Of a stretch of DNA of 64,000 nucleotides, positions 27,101-38,957 are shown piece after piece. A model generated the notes under the pieces. That model ran no database searches. It was not told the DNA's origin and saw only the letters and a program-made list of their open reading frames with translations. Source of the DNA: Azolla caroliniana. Taxonomy: Eukaryota > Plantae > Polypodiophyta. The translations under genes were made by a program, and so were the position numbers. Location of the stretch: the NCBI GenBank assembly GCA_043228905.1, contig JBHGNT010000005.1, positions 21,948,001 to 22,012,000 on the forward strand, read 5' to 3'. Each line of letters opens with the position of its first letter. Position 1 is the stretch's first letter.

Positions 27101-29417
27101 AATCCTCTAACAAGAGAATGGTTTATATTAATACAAAAGTGTGATACTTTATGTAGAGAAGTGGGAAACATAAGCTAAATAAGGAAAAGGACAGGAAATA
27201 CAAACGACCACAAAAATGTCACACTACATGAAGCTAGGACCATATGATTTAGAAAACATAAGGGTTTAATGTTAATGTTTCAGAAACAAAGTGGAAGAGG
27301 TGAACTAACCATTATCTAAGAAAAAGTCAATGCATGAGTACAAACCCAAACCCAAAGGTGGAAAAATGGATAATCAAGGAGCACAAGTATGACCATGAGG
27401 CTCAGAAGCGAGTATTCGGAAAAAGGTCGAAAGGGTCAAGAGTAAAGAACTAAGTTGTTGGAACATGCCTAGTGGTCAATGACTAACTTTCCTAACAATG
27501 ATGGCACAACTTTGAAAGGATAAACAAGTTTGGCGGACCTCTAGAAACCAACTTAAAATATTAATCATTATTGTTTTTGTGCTTGGAAAAAATAGCTCTT
27601 GAGGGCAAAAAATAAGCAATTGAATTGCTTGGTTGTGGGTGTATGGGAAGCAAGCAAGATCAAAGATCTCAAGATGTAGGATTCTTTGAGATGTGTTGAC
27701 CACCCGCGATTTGTAAAGACATCTTAAGTACTTGACTTCATACTACATACTAACTCTTTGTTATAGACACTTGGGTATACCTATTACATGGAACGAAAGA
27801 TTTGACATTAAGTAGGTAATGAAGACATGGCCTGTGGATATAACGAAGGAAGGGAATAAAAGAGGAAGACATAAGGGGAGAATAAAAAGTGTAAAGACAC
27901 ACAATAGGAAGAGACATGACATGGTTTATAAAAGATCCGATGTGACAAAGCTATTTACATTGATAGAGTAGGAAATATAGAAAAATCTTTATTATGTCCA
28001 AGAAAGGTTAAATGCATATAATATCATGACCTTTAGGTAGTTGATGATTGCAAGTTTGTGAAGGTTGTAGGTTTTATTGCAAAGTTTTGATTGGGTGGTT
28101 GTAATGTTTTAAGGTTTGTACAATTGTAAAGCCTTGAGAGGTCATATCCATACATTAGGCAATGTACACATGTAATGTATAAGAGAGGTGTTTATTAGAG
28201 ACATTGGAAATCATCGAGAGAGATGTGCAAATGTGTGGACGAATAGTAGATGTGCGAGTGACCAAATGGGATGATAAGTAGGTGTGAGGACAAAACAAAG
28301 AGAAAATAAATAGAATGAGCATAAGAAGAAGTGAGTGGATGAGAGGACTAGAAGGAGTGCATATGAGCAAAATATTGGATGAACGGATGTGAAGGAGAGA
28401 GTGTTTGGGCAAAATGAATTATTACAAGTAGAGTTAGAAGAGATTAGAGATGAGAGGAATGCGGGGGAGATGGAGAGTAAGACAAATGATAAATAACCGA
28501 CCTCCAAGTAGTGTTGGTGTACTAGTCGAGATCATCTACGAGAGAAACCCCTTTTTTATTTAGTACATAGGAATGGGCATGGACAATGTATTTTTCCCTC
28601 AAAATAAAGATATTTTTTTTTTCTCAAAAGTAAAGATATGTTCTTTTTCTAAAAGTAGAGTTGGCCATTATGTAGTTGTGTACATGATTGGAAGACCATA
28701 GTAGGAGTAAAATAGGAAGTAAAGACTCTTAAATAAGCGTACCATTTTTGGGTTAAAAGTGATAATTTGTCACCAGATTGACTCTTAGAACATTAAATTT
28801 GAATGGTGGGATGGCGACTTGTCAATCATGTATAAATATAACATGATCTAACAGGGAAAGATATTTGACTATAACATGATTTTCTTGTAATATATTTGTA
28901 TGTATCACCATTGAGTACTGTTTTATTATGTTTATGTGCACATTAGCCTCTTTGACTGAAAATAATTTTAGCGATTACATATTGCTAAATGATATGATGT
29001 TTTGATAGTCTATGTAGATGTTTCACATCATTTATCAACTTATGTTGTTAGGTAAAACATGCATGGTGGATGGTAATATTATCCTAATATCGCGAGACAA
29101 TGTGATATTTGAGAAAGAGTAAGTCTATGTTTTTAAGGTGATGCCTCAATGAAGTACAATTTGTGTGTTAAGTGGCACGAGCTCGACAATAAGAAAGGAT
29201 GCCACTCAAGAGGACCTTACAATTGTCTCAGTCACATTGTAAATAGGGAGATTCTTTGGGTAGTCGAATTAGGGAGTTTGGGAGTCATTGTCTTTTACAA
29301 CTATTTAGGATTGTGAAGGCATCAATAGAAGGTTGGCATACACTAGCCAAAACTCACGAATGTTTTAGAATGAAGATGTAGAGAGTCAATTGAAATTCTT
29401 TTCTTCTTAACAAATTA

Positions 29418-29636
29418 TGTTTTAAAGGAAAGAATAAATCCTCGAGCCGTCGAGTGCCCCATATTCGAATCGATGGTTGCGCTTCATTCAGGACCTGCAA
29501 CCGGTTAATAAAGTGACCATTCGGAACGCTGAGATCGGGCCAACCATCGATGAGTTCGCGGAGGCCTTCGCTGGAAGGTCAATCTACTTGGTTGGCGATC
29601 TGTACTCAGGATATGATCAATTCCAACTAGCCGTAG
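29418..29636 (+). pseudogene. Ty3/Gypsy reverse transcriptase fragment (not in the ORF track)
   Basis: Hand translation ILEPSSAPYSNRW / LRFIQDLQPVNKVTIRNAEIGPTIDEFAEAFAGRSIYLVGDLYSGYDQFQLA corresponds to the N-terminal Gypsy RT motifs. It is cut off at the Copia LTR terminus. Confidence 0.8.
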
Positions 29637-29729
29637 TGTAAATGAATGAGGAGCAGGAGTGGCTGAGATGTAGCGGAAGGACTGTGTGTGTGTATGCACG
29701 TAAAGCAAAACAGAGAGAGAGAGAGAGAG
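29637..29729 (-). repeat. Distal part of the 3' LTR of Copia element 2, split off by L1 copy A3; includes (GA)n at 29712-29729
   Basis: Ends in ...CATTTACA on the minus strand exactly where the Gypsy RT fragment stops, and joins the (GA)n at 35265-35292. Confidence 0.6.
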
Positions 29730-29942
29730 GTTTCCTTTGTTCTTTGGCTCGTTTTGAAGCTTGCGCGGAGAGCTTTCTAAAGAGTATCTACACATATCAT
29801 TTGGGGGTCTTGGTAGAACTCATGATCGGTTGCATGCTTCGAGTAAAAATTCAATTCGGTTGCATGCATCTCATGATTGCTTGCTTTGACTCCTTCTCCA
29901 ACACAATTACTTGTAAGTGAGCTCTTTCCTAATTCTTGTCAT

Positions 29943-31301
29943 ATGGATGATAGTGTTTTCTTGAATATGGACGAATCTCCAAATTCTGCAAAGGATGCAT
30001 GCATGGTTGAGTTAGTTTCGAGCCCAAGAGGGGATGGTAAAAGAAAACGATGTATTGGAGAAAATAGTAATGACATGTCTTATGCTGATGCAATGCGATA
30101 ACATGATATTGAGAAAGATGATAGTCATTGGGAACATTTAAGATGCATGGCAAATATATTAATGGAAGATTGTATAAGGGAGAATGTGAAAGTTGCTGAG
30201 GAGTTTGTTGATGATGAAGTGGCTAAGGTAGAAATTGATAGTAAGGAGTTTTTGGGCTCATTTGCTAATTTCTGTGATAAAGGGGTCATATTGTTTTTCA
30301 CGGGGAAGATACCTTTCCTTTGGAGGGTCAAACAATGGTTACGTGGGATTTTACAAGCTGATTGTGTTCAGGATGTTTATGCCGGTCCTCATGGATTTTA
30401 TGAGGTTGTTTTGGTATCACAAGAGTATAAAGAGAAATTACTAAATAAATTGCCAGTTTTTTATGAAAAAAGTTTGGTTCATATTGTTCTGTGGAGGCCA
30501 CTAGTGGAATACCAAGATATATTAAAGCAAGAGTGTCCCGTATGGGTTGAGGTAGAGTGCACATATTCAGTGGTTTGGCCAATATTACGGTTCGTGATGG
30601 AAAAGTTGGGAAAGATCTTGGTGCCTCCTAGTGCTAATGCTCAAAATCGATATCGGATGTGTATTCTTTGGAATACTGCTATAAAGAGGCCAAGTTGTTT
30701 ACAGATTGCATGCTCTGGTATGCCACCTATGTATTTTCAGCTAAAATGGGGTACATTTGCAGGACATTGTTTCCATTGTGGTGTGTTGGGGCATTTTAAG
30801 GCTGAGTGTCCTCAAAAAAGAAATAATGTAGTGGAGGTGGTACATGAAGAGCCTACAAATCATGATCAGATTCAAACTTTGACAATTTCAGAGCAAACAA
30901 AGGAACCACAAATTGTGAATGAGAAGGATGGAAAGACTCTAGAGGATGAAGGACAATGGTCAATAGTTTCTGGAAAGATGAAGAAGTCTAATAAGAATGT
31001 TGGACATAATGTATCTATGGAGAAGGGCACACAGATTCAACAAACAAATCCCATGCGGAATAAACCATGGGCTTCGTCAAGAGGACTATCCAAAGAAATT
31101 ATCTTTTGATAATAAAGGTAATTTGTATGTTCCTCGGAATAAACAGAAATCGATGCCTCGTTCACATGAGGAGCCATCAGGGTCTGGAGTTTTGCATTCT
31201 CATTGTAATTCATATGCAATCTTATGGGATTTATTTTAGGATATGGCAGAAACATTAGCAGTGAAGGAGAAAGAAATTTCTCGAATAAAAGGAAAAAGTA
31301 A
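29943..31301 (+). pseudogene. LINE ORF1 (RRM/DUF4283-like region plus CCHC zinc knuckle)
   Basis: ATG 29943 is in the same frame as ORF 30147-31109, with a premature TAA at 30099. CFHCGVLGHFKAEC knuckle present; frameshift near 31100. Confidence 0.85.
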
Positions 31302-31304
31302 AGT

Positions 31305-34300
31305 ATGAATATCACCACATGGAATGTGAGGGGTTTGTGTTCTAGATTTAGAATGCATGAGGTTTGGAGGATTGTGTTAAGTGAGCAATGGGATGTTTTA
31401 TGTGCAGTAGAGCATAAAGATCATCGTAATGCTGGTTTAATTAGTTGTTCTAAGGGTTATACATTATGTTATGCTGGCAAGGTTCATGGGGATTATTCTG
31501 GGATTGTTATGTTTATAAGAGATAAATTTCACCCAAAAGTAATTGTTTCAGATGAATTTGGAAGATTTAGTGTGGTAGAGATATGTTATGAAGGGCAAGT
31601 TCTTTGGTTAGTTGGTGTGTATGCATCGAATGTTTCACAAGAACGAAAGTTATTATGGAGATCTCTTACCTCGATGCTTGATAATGGTAGACCCAATTTA
31701 TTGATGGGAGATTTTAATGTTTGTTGTGAGACAAATCAATCAACATCCATCCACTCTATTATGGATGGACCAGAGTCTCAAGAAAGGGGAGATTTTGAGA
31801 CTGAAATCATGTTAAGGGATGTATTGAAGTGGATTAAGGGAGATGAACCTGGTTATACCTTTCAATCGGCTCAATATAAGGATACTTGGAGTAGGTTGGA
31901 TCGAATGTATGCAATGCATACCGAATGATTTTTACCAGAGATTTTGGATATTTCAGTGTCTTATGGGTCAACTATATCAGATCATTTCCCATTAATTTTT
32001 GAATTCACTCACCACTCAATTAGAGCTTTTCATGAGTTTTTAGGAAAACCACCGTTGATTTTTAATTCATCATTTTTGGATCATGAGGTCTTCCATGCAT
32101 ATATGTGTCAATTGATTGATGCATTTGCCTATCATGTTCAATTTGATGGGCATGAAGCGTGGGAAGTATTTGTTGCAAATGTTCAGAGGTTAACTAGGTA
32201 TTATGGAATTCACCATGCTTTTAAAAGGAGAAAGAAATTAAGTCTCCTAGTTAATTTGCTTGATAAATGCAACTCATTGTTAACTTATTGGCCAACGGAT
32301 GTAGAGTTGTTGGGATATCAAGAGGTATTAATTTCTACGATGCATGATCTAACAGAAAAAAAGTATCAACATACTAGACTACATCGTCTAGGACAAGAAG
32401 TGGATGATGCTAACTGTCAATCACATAAGTTTTTTTATGACCTTCATGAATCACATGCATGACATAATGTGGTAAGGTTAGAGGAAAATGGTATCACGTG
32501 TTCCGATCCTCAAGAAATTGTGAAGAAATGCATAGACTATTATACACAATTGTTGGATGTACAAGTTTGTATGGATGATAATGTTAAAAAGGATAGAGAT
32601 GTATTTTTTAATGGAGTGAAAAATCATGTATCGCATGATGTGGCACAATCATTAGATGCTAATATTTTAGAGGATGAGGTGGAACATGTCATGTCACATC
32701 TTGCTAATGATAAGAGTCTTGGGTGGGATGGATTAACAAATGAACTCTTTAAGAAGTATGTGATTAAGTTAAAGGGGCCTTTTACGGTTTTATTTCAGAA
32801 GGTGTGGACATAAGGGGAAATGCCTCATTCTTGGAAGATTGGTTTGATAAAACTTTTGCCGAAGGTGCCTTCTCCATCTTCCTTTGCTCAATGGAGGCCT
32901 ATTTCATTAATGGGGGAATGTACAAGATTTTTGCAAAAGTGATAGCCAATAGGTTGCATAAGGTTTTACCTTCTATTATTCATAATGCTCAATATGGGTT
33001 TTTAGCAAAAAGAGACATTTTACATAATATTTTAAATGTTCAAATGGCAATTGACTATGCAAAGGATTCGAAGCAAGAATTGGTGTTGCTACAATTGGAT
33101 ATCGAGAAAGCCTATGATAATGTGGATTGGTCGTTTATAAATCAATTGATGTCTCATATGGGTTTTGGTGATCGTATGTCTAAGTTGATATACGCATTAG
33201 GGGAGGGTTCGGTTTCACATGTGATGTTTAATGGAGGAGTAACACAACCGATTTCTATTCGGAGGTTAGTTAGACAAGGATGCCCGGTAAGTCCTTTACT
33301 ATTCACTATTGTGGCACATCCTATTCTTGTTAAGTTACACAATATGGCTATTGAGGAAGAATTGCTTGGACTAAGGTTGCCATCAGGGAAGCCATGTATT
33401 GTTCAAGCTCTAGCAGATGACCATATTATGTTTTTGGCACCTAATCGGGAAAATATTTGCAAGACAAGAGATGTGTGGGAATTGTTTTCAAATGCTTCAG
33501 GGTTGAGAATTAATATACATAAATCTGTCCTCATTTCATGTATAGAACAAGATGTGTTGGGGTTGGGGTGGTCAGGAAGGATAGTACATTGTGGTATGAT
33601 TTTTCGTCACCTTGGATATCCAATTGGGGTGGAAGTTTCTCATGTGAAACTTATTGAGTGGGTGTCCAAAAGGTTGGAGGATAAGTTTATGTATTGGAGG
33701 TCTCAAATTTGGCCTTTTCATGTACGACTTAAGGTGGTCCAATCAATTATGGTCTCTATGGTATCTTATTATCTTCCTTTGCTCCCATGGTCAAAGAAAG
33801 CTCTTGAAATATTGACACGCTCGATGTGAATGTTGTTATGGAAAAGAAAAGGGAAAAGTGCCTTGTCGTGGTTGGCATGGGATCATGTTTGTACTCCGAA
33901 GTGTCTTGGTAGGGCATCAATATTAAATCATATGAGCATATGGTGGCTCACCGATTTACTTTCATTCGATTTATGTTTGAAGGTGTACAACCTTGGACCG
34001 AAATGGTGACATACTTTATAGAGAAGAACGGAATAAAGCTTGGAAACATGAAGGTTGAAGCAAATTGGTGGAATGTAATTAATTCTGATAGGGATGTCAA
34101 ATATGCAAGTTCTATGATAGTTGATCATTTGTTGACATCATGGCAAAGTATGTTAGATTTTGTGGAATGGCATCCCCCACAAGAAAGGGGATGTGCCAAT
34201 TCATTACAAATGGAGGTTTTGGCGACATCAAGGTCGTTGAAGTGGGAAGGTAAGCAAAATTTTAACCTTCAATTTAATCAGATGGCTAGATTGGGTTTGG

Positions 34301-35153
34301 TAACAATTAAGGATGCTATGTTGGTGTCACAAAGAAGATTAATGGTTTTTCGAACAATCAGATCAACATTTCGTATTCCAAAACGTTATACCTTTATTTG
34401 GGATAAGTTGCAACAAATACTATCTTCGTATGAGCCAATTCCTTATTTAGATGGGCGATCTCAAGAGCTTGATTGGAGGTTTGTTGGAAATAAGAGATTG
34501 ACTATGATCTCAACAAATGTTGCTTATCACACATTGATTAACAAACTTAAGTGGTTGGAAGAAAGGGTTATAAAGATATGGGGGTTTCATAAGCCCATTA
34601 CTTGGTGGCTTCATGTGATCAAGGTAGGTTGGTGTTCTCGATTAATGCTACGAGCCAAAGTATTTGTTTGGAGAGTTATGATTGGAGCTTTACCATTGGG
34701 GGATGCATTAAAAAAAGAAACATTACTAAAGGATTGTGTTTCTTTTGTTTCGTAGAATTGGAACATAGTAGGCATCAATTTATTTCCTGCTCGATGGCAA
34801 GGATGGTTTGGAGGTGTATTAGTTTAGGGTGGATGTCTCTAACCGGAGTACGTCTATCTTCCTTCAATTGGGTTTTTGCACATATGGAGAACAATGAACC
34901 AATGCCTCATTCTCAAATTATTTTTGAGTTCTTGAGGTATTGGGGGCTATGGTTCAATTGGAATATGCGGAATGCCTTCATTTTTTATTCGCAAGTGGGG
35001 GTGAGAAAATATGTTCGAAAGTTAAAAGGACTTCTTTTGTGGCAATTGACAGTGCTAGAGAAGTCACGAAATCTCAACCAGGAAGAGAGAGAACTCTGCA
35101 AGGTTACATATCATCATATTCGCCATTTGAATTGGTGTGTAGGGTGGCATTGA
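31305..35153 (+). pseudogene. LINE ORF2 (APE endonuclease, RT, zf-RVT), broken by stops and frameshifts
   Basis: MNITTWNVRG, GDFN, SRLDR, SDHFP, QLDIEKAYD, RQGCPVSP, LADD, CFFC..EH..HQF..C. Confidence 0.92.
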
Positions 35154-35261
35154 GTTTGGTGTCGTAGTTTTCTTTAGATCCCTAGATAGAAGGGGTTCTA
35201 TAGTTTGTTGTAAGTTAGTCATGGTGGTGTTTTTTCTTTCGTAATGAATGCCATTATTTAC

Positions 35262-35264
<3 letters not shown>

Positions 35265-35296
<32 letters not shown>

Positions 35297-35487
35297 ACAC
35301 AGAGATAAAAGATTGTATATTACATTAACCAAAAATACTTCCAATAGTAACTAAGTTACAATGGGTTGGTTTAAATACCAACTAAACTAGGGCAGATGCC
35401 CTTTCTACTATTTACAAAACTAACCTGGTATAACCATGAGCTAGTGTGAAACCTATTACTATGGGAAGTTGAGTTCGACTCTCAACA
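35265..35487 (-). repeat. Proximal part of the 3' LTR of Copia element 2 (starts TGTTGAGAG at 35487); includes (GA)n at 35265-35292
   Basis: Follows a purine tract CGAAGGGGCG (35497-35488) on the minus strand; TATTTAAA TATA-like box at ~35370-35377. Confidence 0.7.
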
Positions 35488-38122
35488 CGCCCCTTCGAAC
35501 ACAACTTCCATCTATCGAAAGGTTGTTTCGGTTTGGTCTTCGGAATCTGGCTTCCGGCGTTCGTAATCCTCGAACTAGATTGTTCGGATTTTCGGCTTCG
35601 TGCTTGGTTCGATTAACTATGTGTTGCGTACTCGATCAATTGCGTATAGCTCGCAGTACTCCCCCTCAAGCTCGGCAATGTGGATGTCGTGAGACCAAGG
35701 TCCGATGCGAATTGCCCGAGCTTGTCGACTCCTAAGGCCTTCGTAAAAATATCAGCAATCTGGAGGTGCCTATTGATATGTTGTAGATTGATTTCTCCGG
35801 CCTGTACACGCTCGCGGATGAAGTGGTAGTGCACTTCGATGTGTTTAGTCCTTACGTGGAAGACGAGGTTCCGAGCGAGGTAGATGCTGCTCATGTTGTC
35901 GCAGAAGAGGCGAATTGGATCCGTAATGGGAACATCCAGATCCTTGAGTATGCGCTTGAGCCATACGGCTTCACATGCGGTGATTGCCGCACCCCTGTAT
36001 TCGGCTTCCGTGCTTGATAATGCAACTATCGGTTGCTTTTTACTACTCCAGGAGATCGCTCCGCTGCCGAGAGAGAAGATGAATCTGGATGTGGATCGTC
36101 TATCCACTTTGTAGCCTGCCTAGTCCGCGTCTGTGTATCCTGCGAGTCGAATGATCGTATTTGACTTATACATAATGCCGCAATCATCGTAGTACTTACA
36201 TACCGCAATATCCTCTTAGCGCAATCGAGATGAAGGTTTGGCGGATTCTGCGTGAATTGGCTAAGTAGGCCGACAGAATAACTGAGATCGGGTCACATAA
36301 TGGTGAGATAGATTAAGCTGCCGATTAGTTGACGATACTGAGTTGACTCGCACACGGCTGTGCTAGAATCGACATCCATCTTGAGATTACGATCGAGAGG
36401 GGTGGACATAGGTTTGCATTCGGTCATTCCGAACTTGTAGAGCAAGTTGAGAACGTAGTGCCGTTGAGAGATCATTATGCCGACTGGTGTTCGAATTACT
36501 TCAATGCCTAGGAAGTAATGGAGCTCGTGCAGGTCTTTCATTTTGAATATGCCGGAGTGAAGTGATTTAACTTTGTTAATCTTGGCGAGATCCTTTCCTC
36601 CGATGACCAAATCATCCACGTAAAGGATGATGACAATCGAGATATCTGACTCGTTTCGGATGTATAGGGAAGTATCAGATTCTAACATTCGAAATCCGAT
36701 CTAATGAAGATACTGCATCATGATCTTCGAGTGCCACGCATGGGGTGCTTGTTTGAGGCCATATAGTGGCTTCTTGAGGCGGCATACGATGTGCGGATGA
36801 CTACACGATTCAAATCCGGGTGGTTGAATCATATATACTTCCTCTTCTAATTCTCCTTGGAGGAAGGCGTTTTTCACGTCCATCTAGTGGAGGTGCCACC
36901 CTTTTGTTGCGGCAAGAGCAATTACGGTCCGCACGGTGGTCATCTTTGCCACCTGGGTAAAGGTCTCTTCGTAGTCTACACCGTGCGCTTGTGCGTATCC
37001 TTTCGCAACGAGCCGTGCTTCGAAGTGATTTACGGAGCTGTCGACATTGTCTTTCACTTTGTAAATCCATCGACATCCAATCGCTTTCTTGTGCGACGTG
37101 TGAGGGACGGGATCCCATGTCTCGTTTTTGCATAACGCTTCCATTTCCTCATGCATTGCATCGACCCATCGTGGATCCTTTACGACTTCGGAAAGTGTCT
37201 TCGGCTCTCGTATTGATGCTACCTTCATCATGAAGGCGTAATGGTATGCCATATAATCATTGTAGCTGAAGCGGCTTACGGGGTTCTTCTCATGGGTGGA
37301 TCGGTGGAGCTTCTCGTTTGTGGATACTAAGGCTTTCTTCGCTCCATCTGTCCAAATGATTGGGATGTCCAAGCCTTCGAACTCACTGTCAAGGGGGTGA
37401 GTTGATGCGTTGTCGATTGGATCTTCGTATTCAGACACCTTGGCCTTCCCTTTGTCGAGTTTCGGACTCGGTCGAAATGTGCTTTGGTCACTCGGGGGCT
37501 CCTGTGGTCCACTAAGTCGTGTCGTAATCAGGCTTTCTTCATACATGCGCGTGAGCCGAGCTTGGTCTTCTATCTCCATTTCGGCAGATTCCGGGAGTCA
37601 GAGTTGAAGTTGTTTCTGGTGCATACCAGGATGCGGACTCGTCGAAAAGGACATCTCGACTTACGCGAGATTTTCGGGTAGATGGGTTGTAGTATTTGTA
37701 CCCCTTCAGTTCGAGTGAGTATCCTACGAGGATACATTTCTCCGACTTCGGGTCAAGCTTTTGTCGCATGTCGTCGGGAATATGTATGTAAGCGATTGCG
37801 CCGAAAATGCGGACATGTGATAAGTCCGGCTTCTTTCCAAAGAACTTCTCATGAGGAGTTACGTCGTGTACTCCTGAGGTTGTGCACCTATTCATGAGGT
37901 ATACAACTGTGTTCACTACTTCCGCCCAATACGATTTCGACAGGTTCTTCTCATTCATCATAGCCTGTGCGACTTCTACTATGTGCCACTTTTTACGCTT
38001 AGCTACGCCGTTCTCCTGAGGTGTGTGACGGCATGAGAATTCTGGTCGGATTCCTTCCTTTTGGAGATACGCCGTAAACTCATCTGAAAAGTATTCTTTG
38101 CCTTCATCCGATTGAAGACAAC
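35488..38122 (-). mobile_element. Ty1/Copia element 2, internal region (integrase core, RT, RNase H), 5' part missing
   Basis: ORF fragments: YWAEVVNTVVYLMNR and KLDPKSEKCILVGYS (IN); [18 protein letters not shown] and LYVDDL (RT); ISWSSKKQ, SSTEAEY and RTKHIEVHYHFIRE (RH). Copia domain order. Confidence 0.92.
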
Positions 38123-38449
38123 TGTCACGGACGTAGACGAGGGCAAGGACAAGTAGGCGAGCTCAATATTAAGAAAGAGAGAAAGATAGATATATAGATA
38201 GAGAGGAGCATAGACAAGAGAACAAGAGAGAGAGAGAGAGGGTAGACAAAAGAGCGAGAACTAAATTATGCTTCCGTAACTGGTGTTGTTCACCTTGATT
38301 GTAATCAAGGTGGACTGAAGTATTTATACAAAAATGTGGTGGTATGCATGTAAGCTAGGAAACATCTAGAGAATGCATGGAAACTTCTAGAGAGTGCATG
38401 TCTATGCATTCTCTAGAAGTTTCTTGAAAGTTCTAGTGATTAACTTACA
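38123..38449 (-). repeat. Probable Ty3/Gypsy LTR
   Basis: Minus-strand termini TGTAAG...CGTGACA, TATAAATA box at ~38321-38328, CT-rich U5-like segment. No matching TSD. Confidence 0.6.
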
Positions 38450-38957
38450 ATGTAATAAGTTGGTCACCATTCGGTGAAGGCAAATATGATTGCTGCCAAC
38501 TCCTTGCTGGATAATTGATTTCTGGGGTGGTAAACTTCCGAGAGTAGAAGGCAACAGGACGTAGTGTGCCCTCGTCATCTGGTTGGGATAGGACAACTCC
38601 AATGGCAAAGTCGGAGGCATCGGTTTCGACTTGGAAGGGCCTTGTGGGGTCAGGGTGAACCAACACTAGGGTTGTGAGAAAAGTTGCCTTGAGGGCATCA
38701 AAAGCACGTTGCACCGTAGAGGTCCAAAGAAATGGAGTATCTTTTCTTGTATGGATGATTAGAGGTTGTACTAAAGAAGAAAAACCATTGATAAATCGTC
38801 GATAGAAATTTGCAAAACCAAGAAATGATTGTACCTCTTTCAACCGAGTAGGGACAGGCCAATCGGTGATTGCCGCTACCTTGTGTGCATCCATTTTAAT
38901 CCCGGAGGGTGAAATCACGTAGCCGAGGAATTTGACAGAGGTCCGATCGAATTCACA
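38450..38957 (-). pseudogene. Ty3/Gypsy RT C-terminus and RNase H fragment
   Basis: [34 protein letters not shown]. Confidence 0.9.

Larger units (their letters stand above)
29730..35264 (+). mobile_element. L1-clade LINE, lineage A copy 3, apparently full length (~5.5 kb), decayed
   Basis: 5' UTR, ORF1 with zinc knuckle, ORF2 EN-RT-zf, short 3' UTR ending ATTTACGAAA. Flanked by (GA)n at 29712-29729 and 35265-35292. Confidence 0.93.

Noticed and set aside
26700-29400. Purine-rich region with short ORFs, possibly an old TE
   Set aside because: No recognisable motif, terminus or TSD; too decayed to call.
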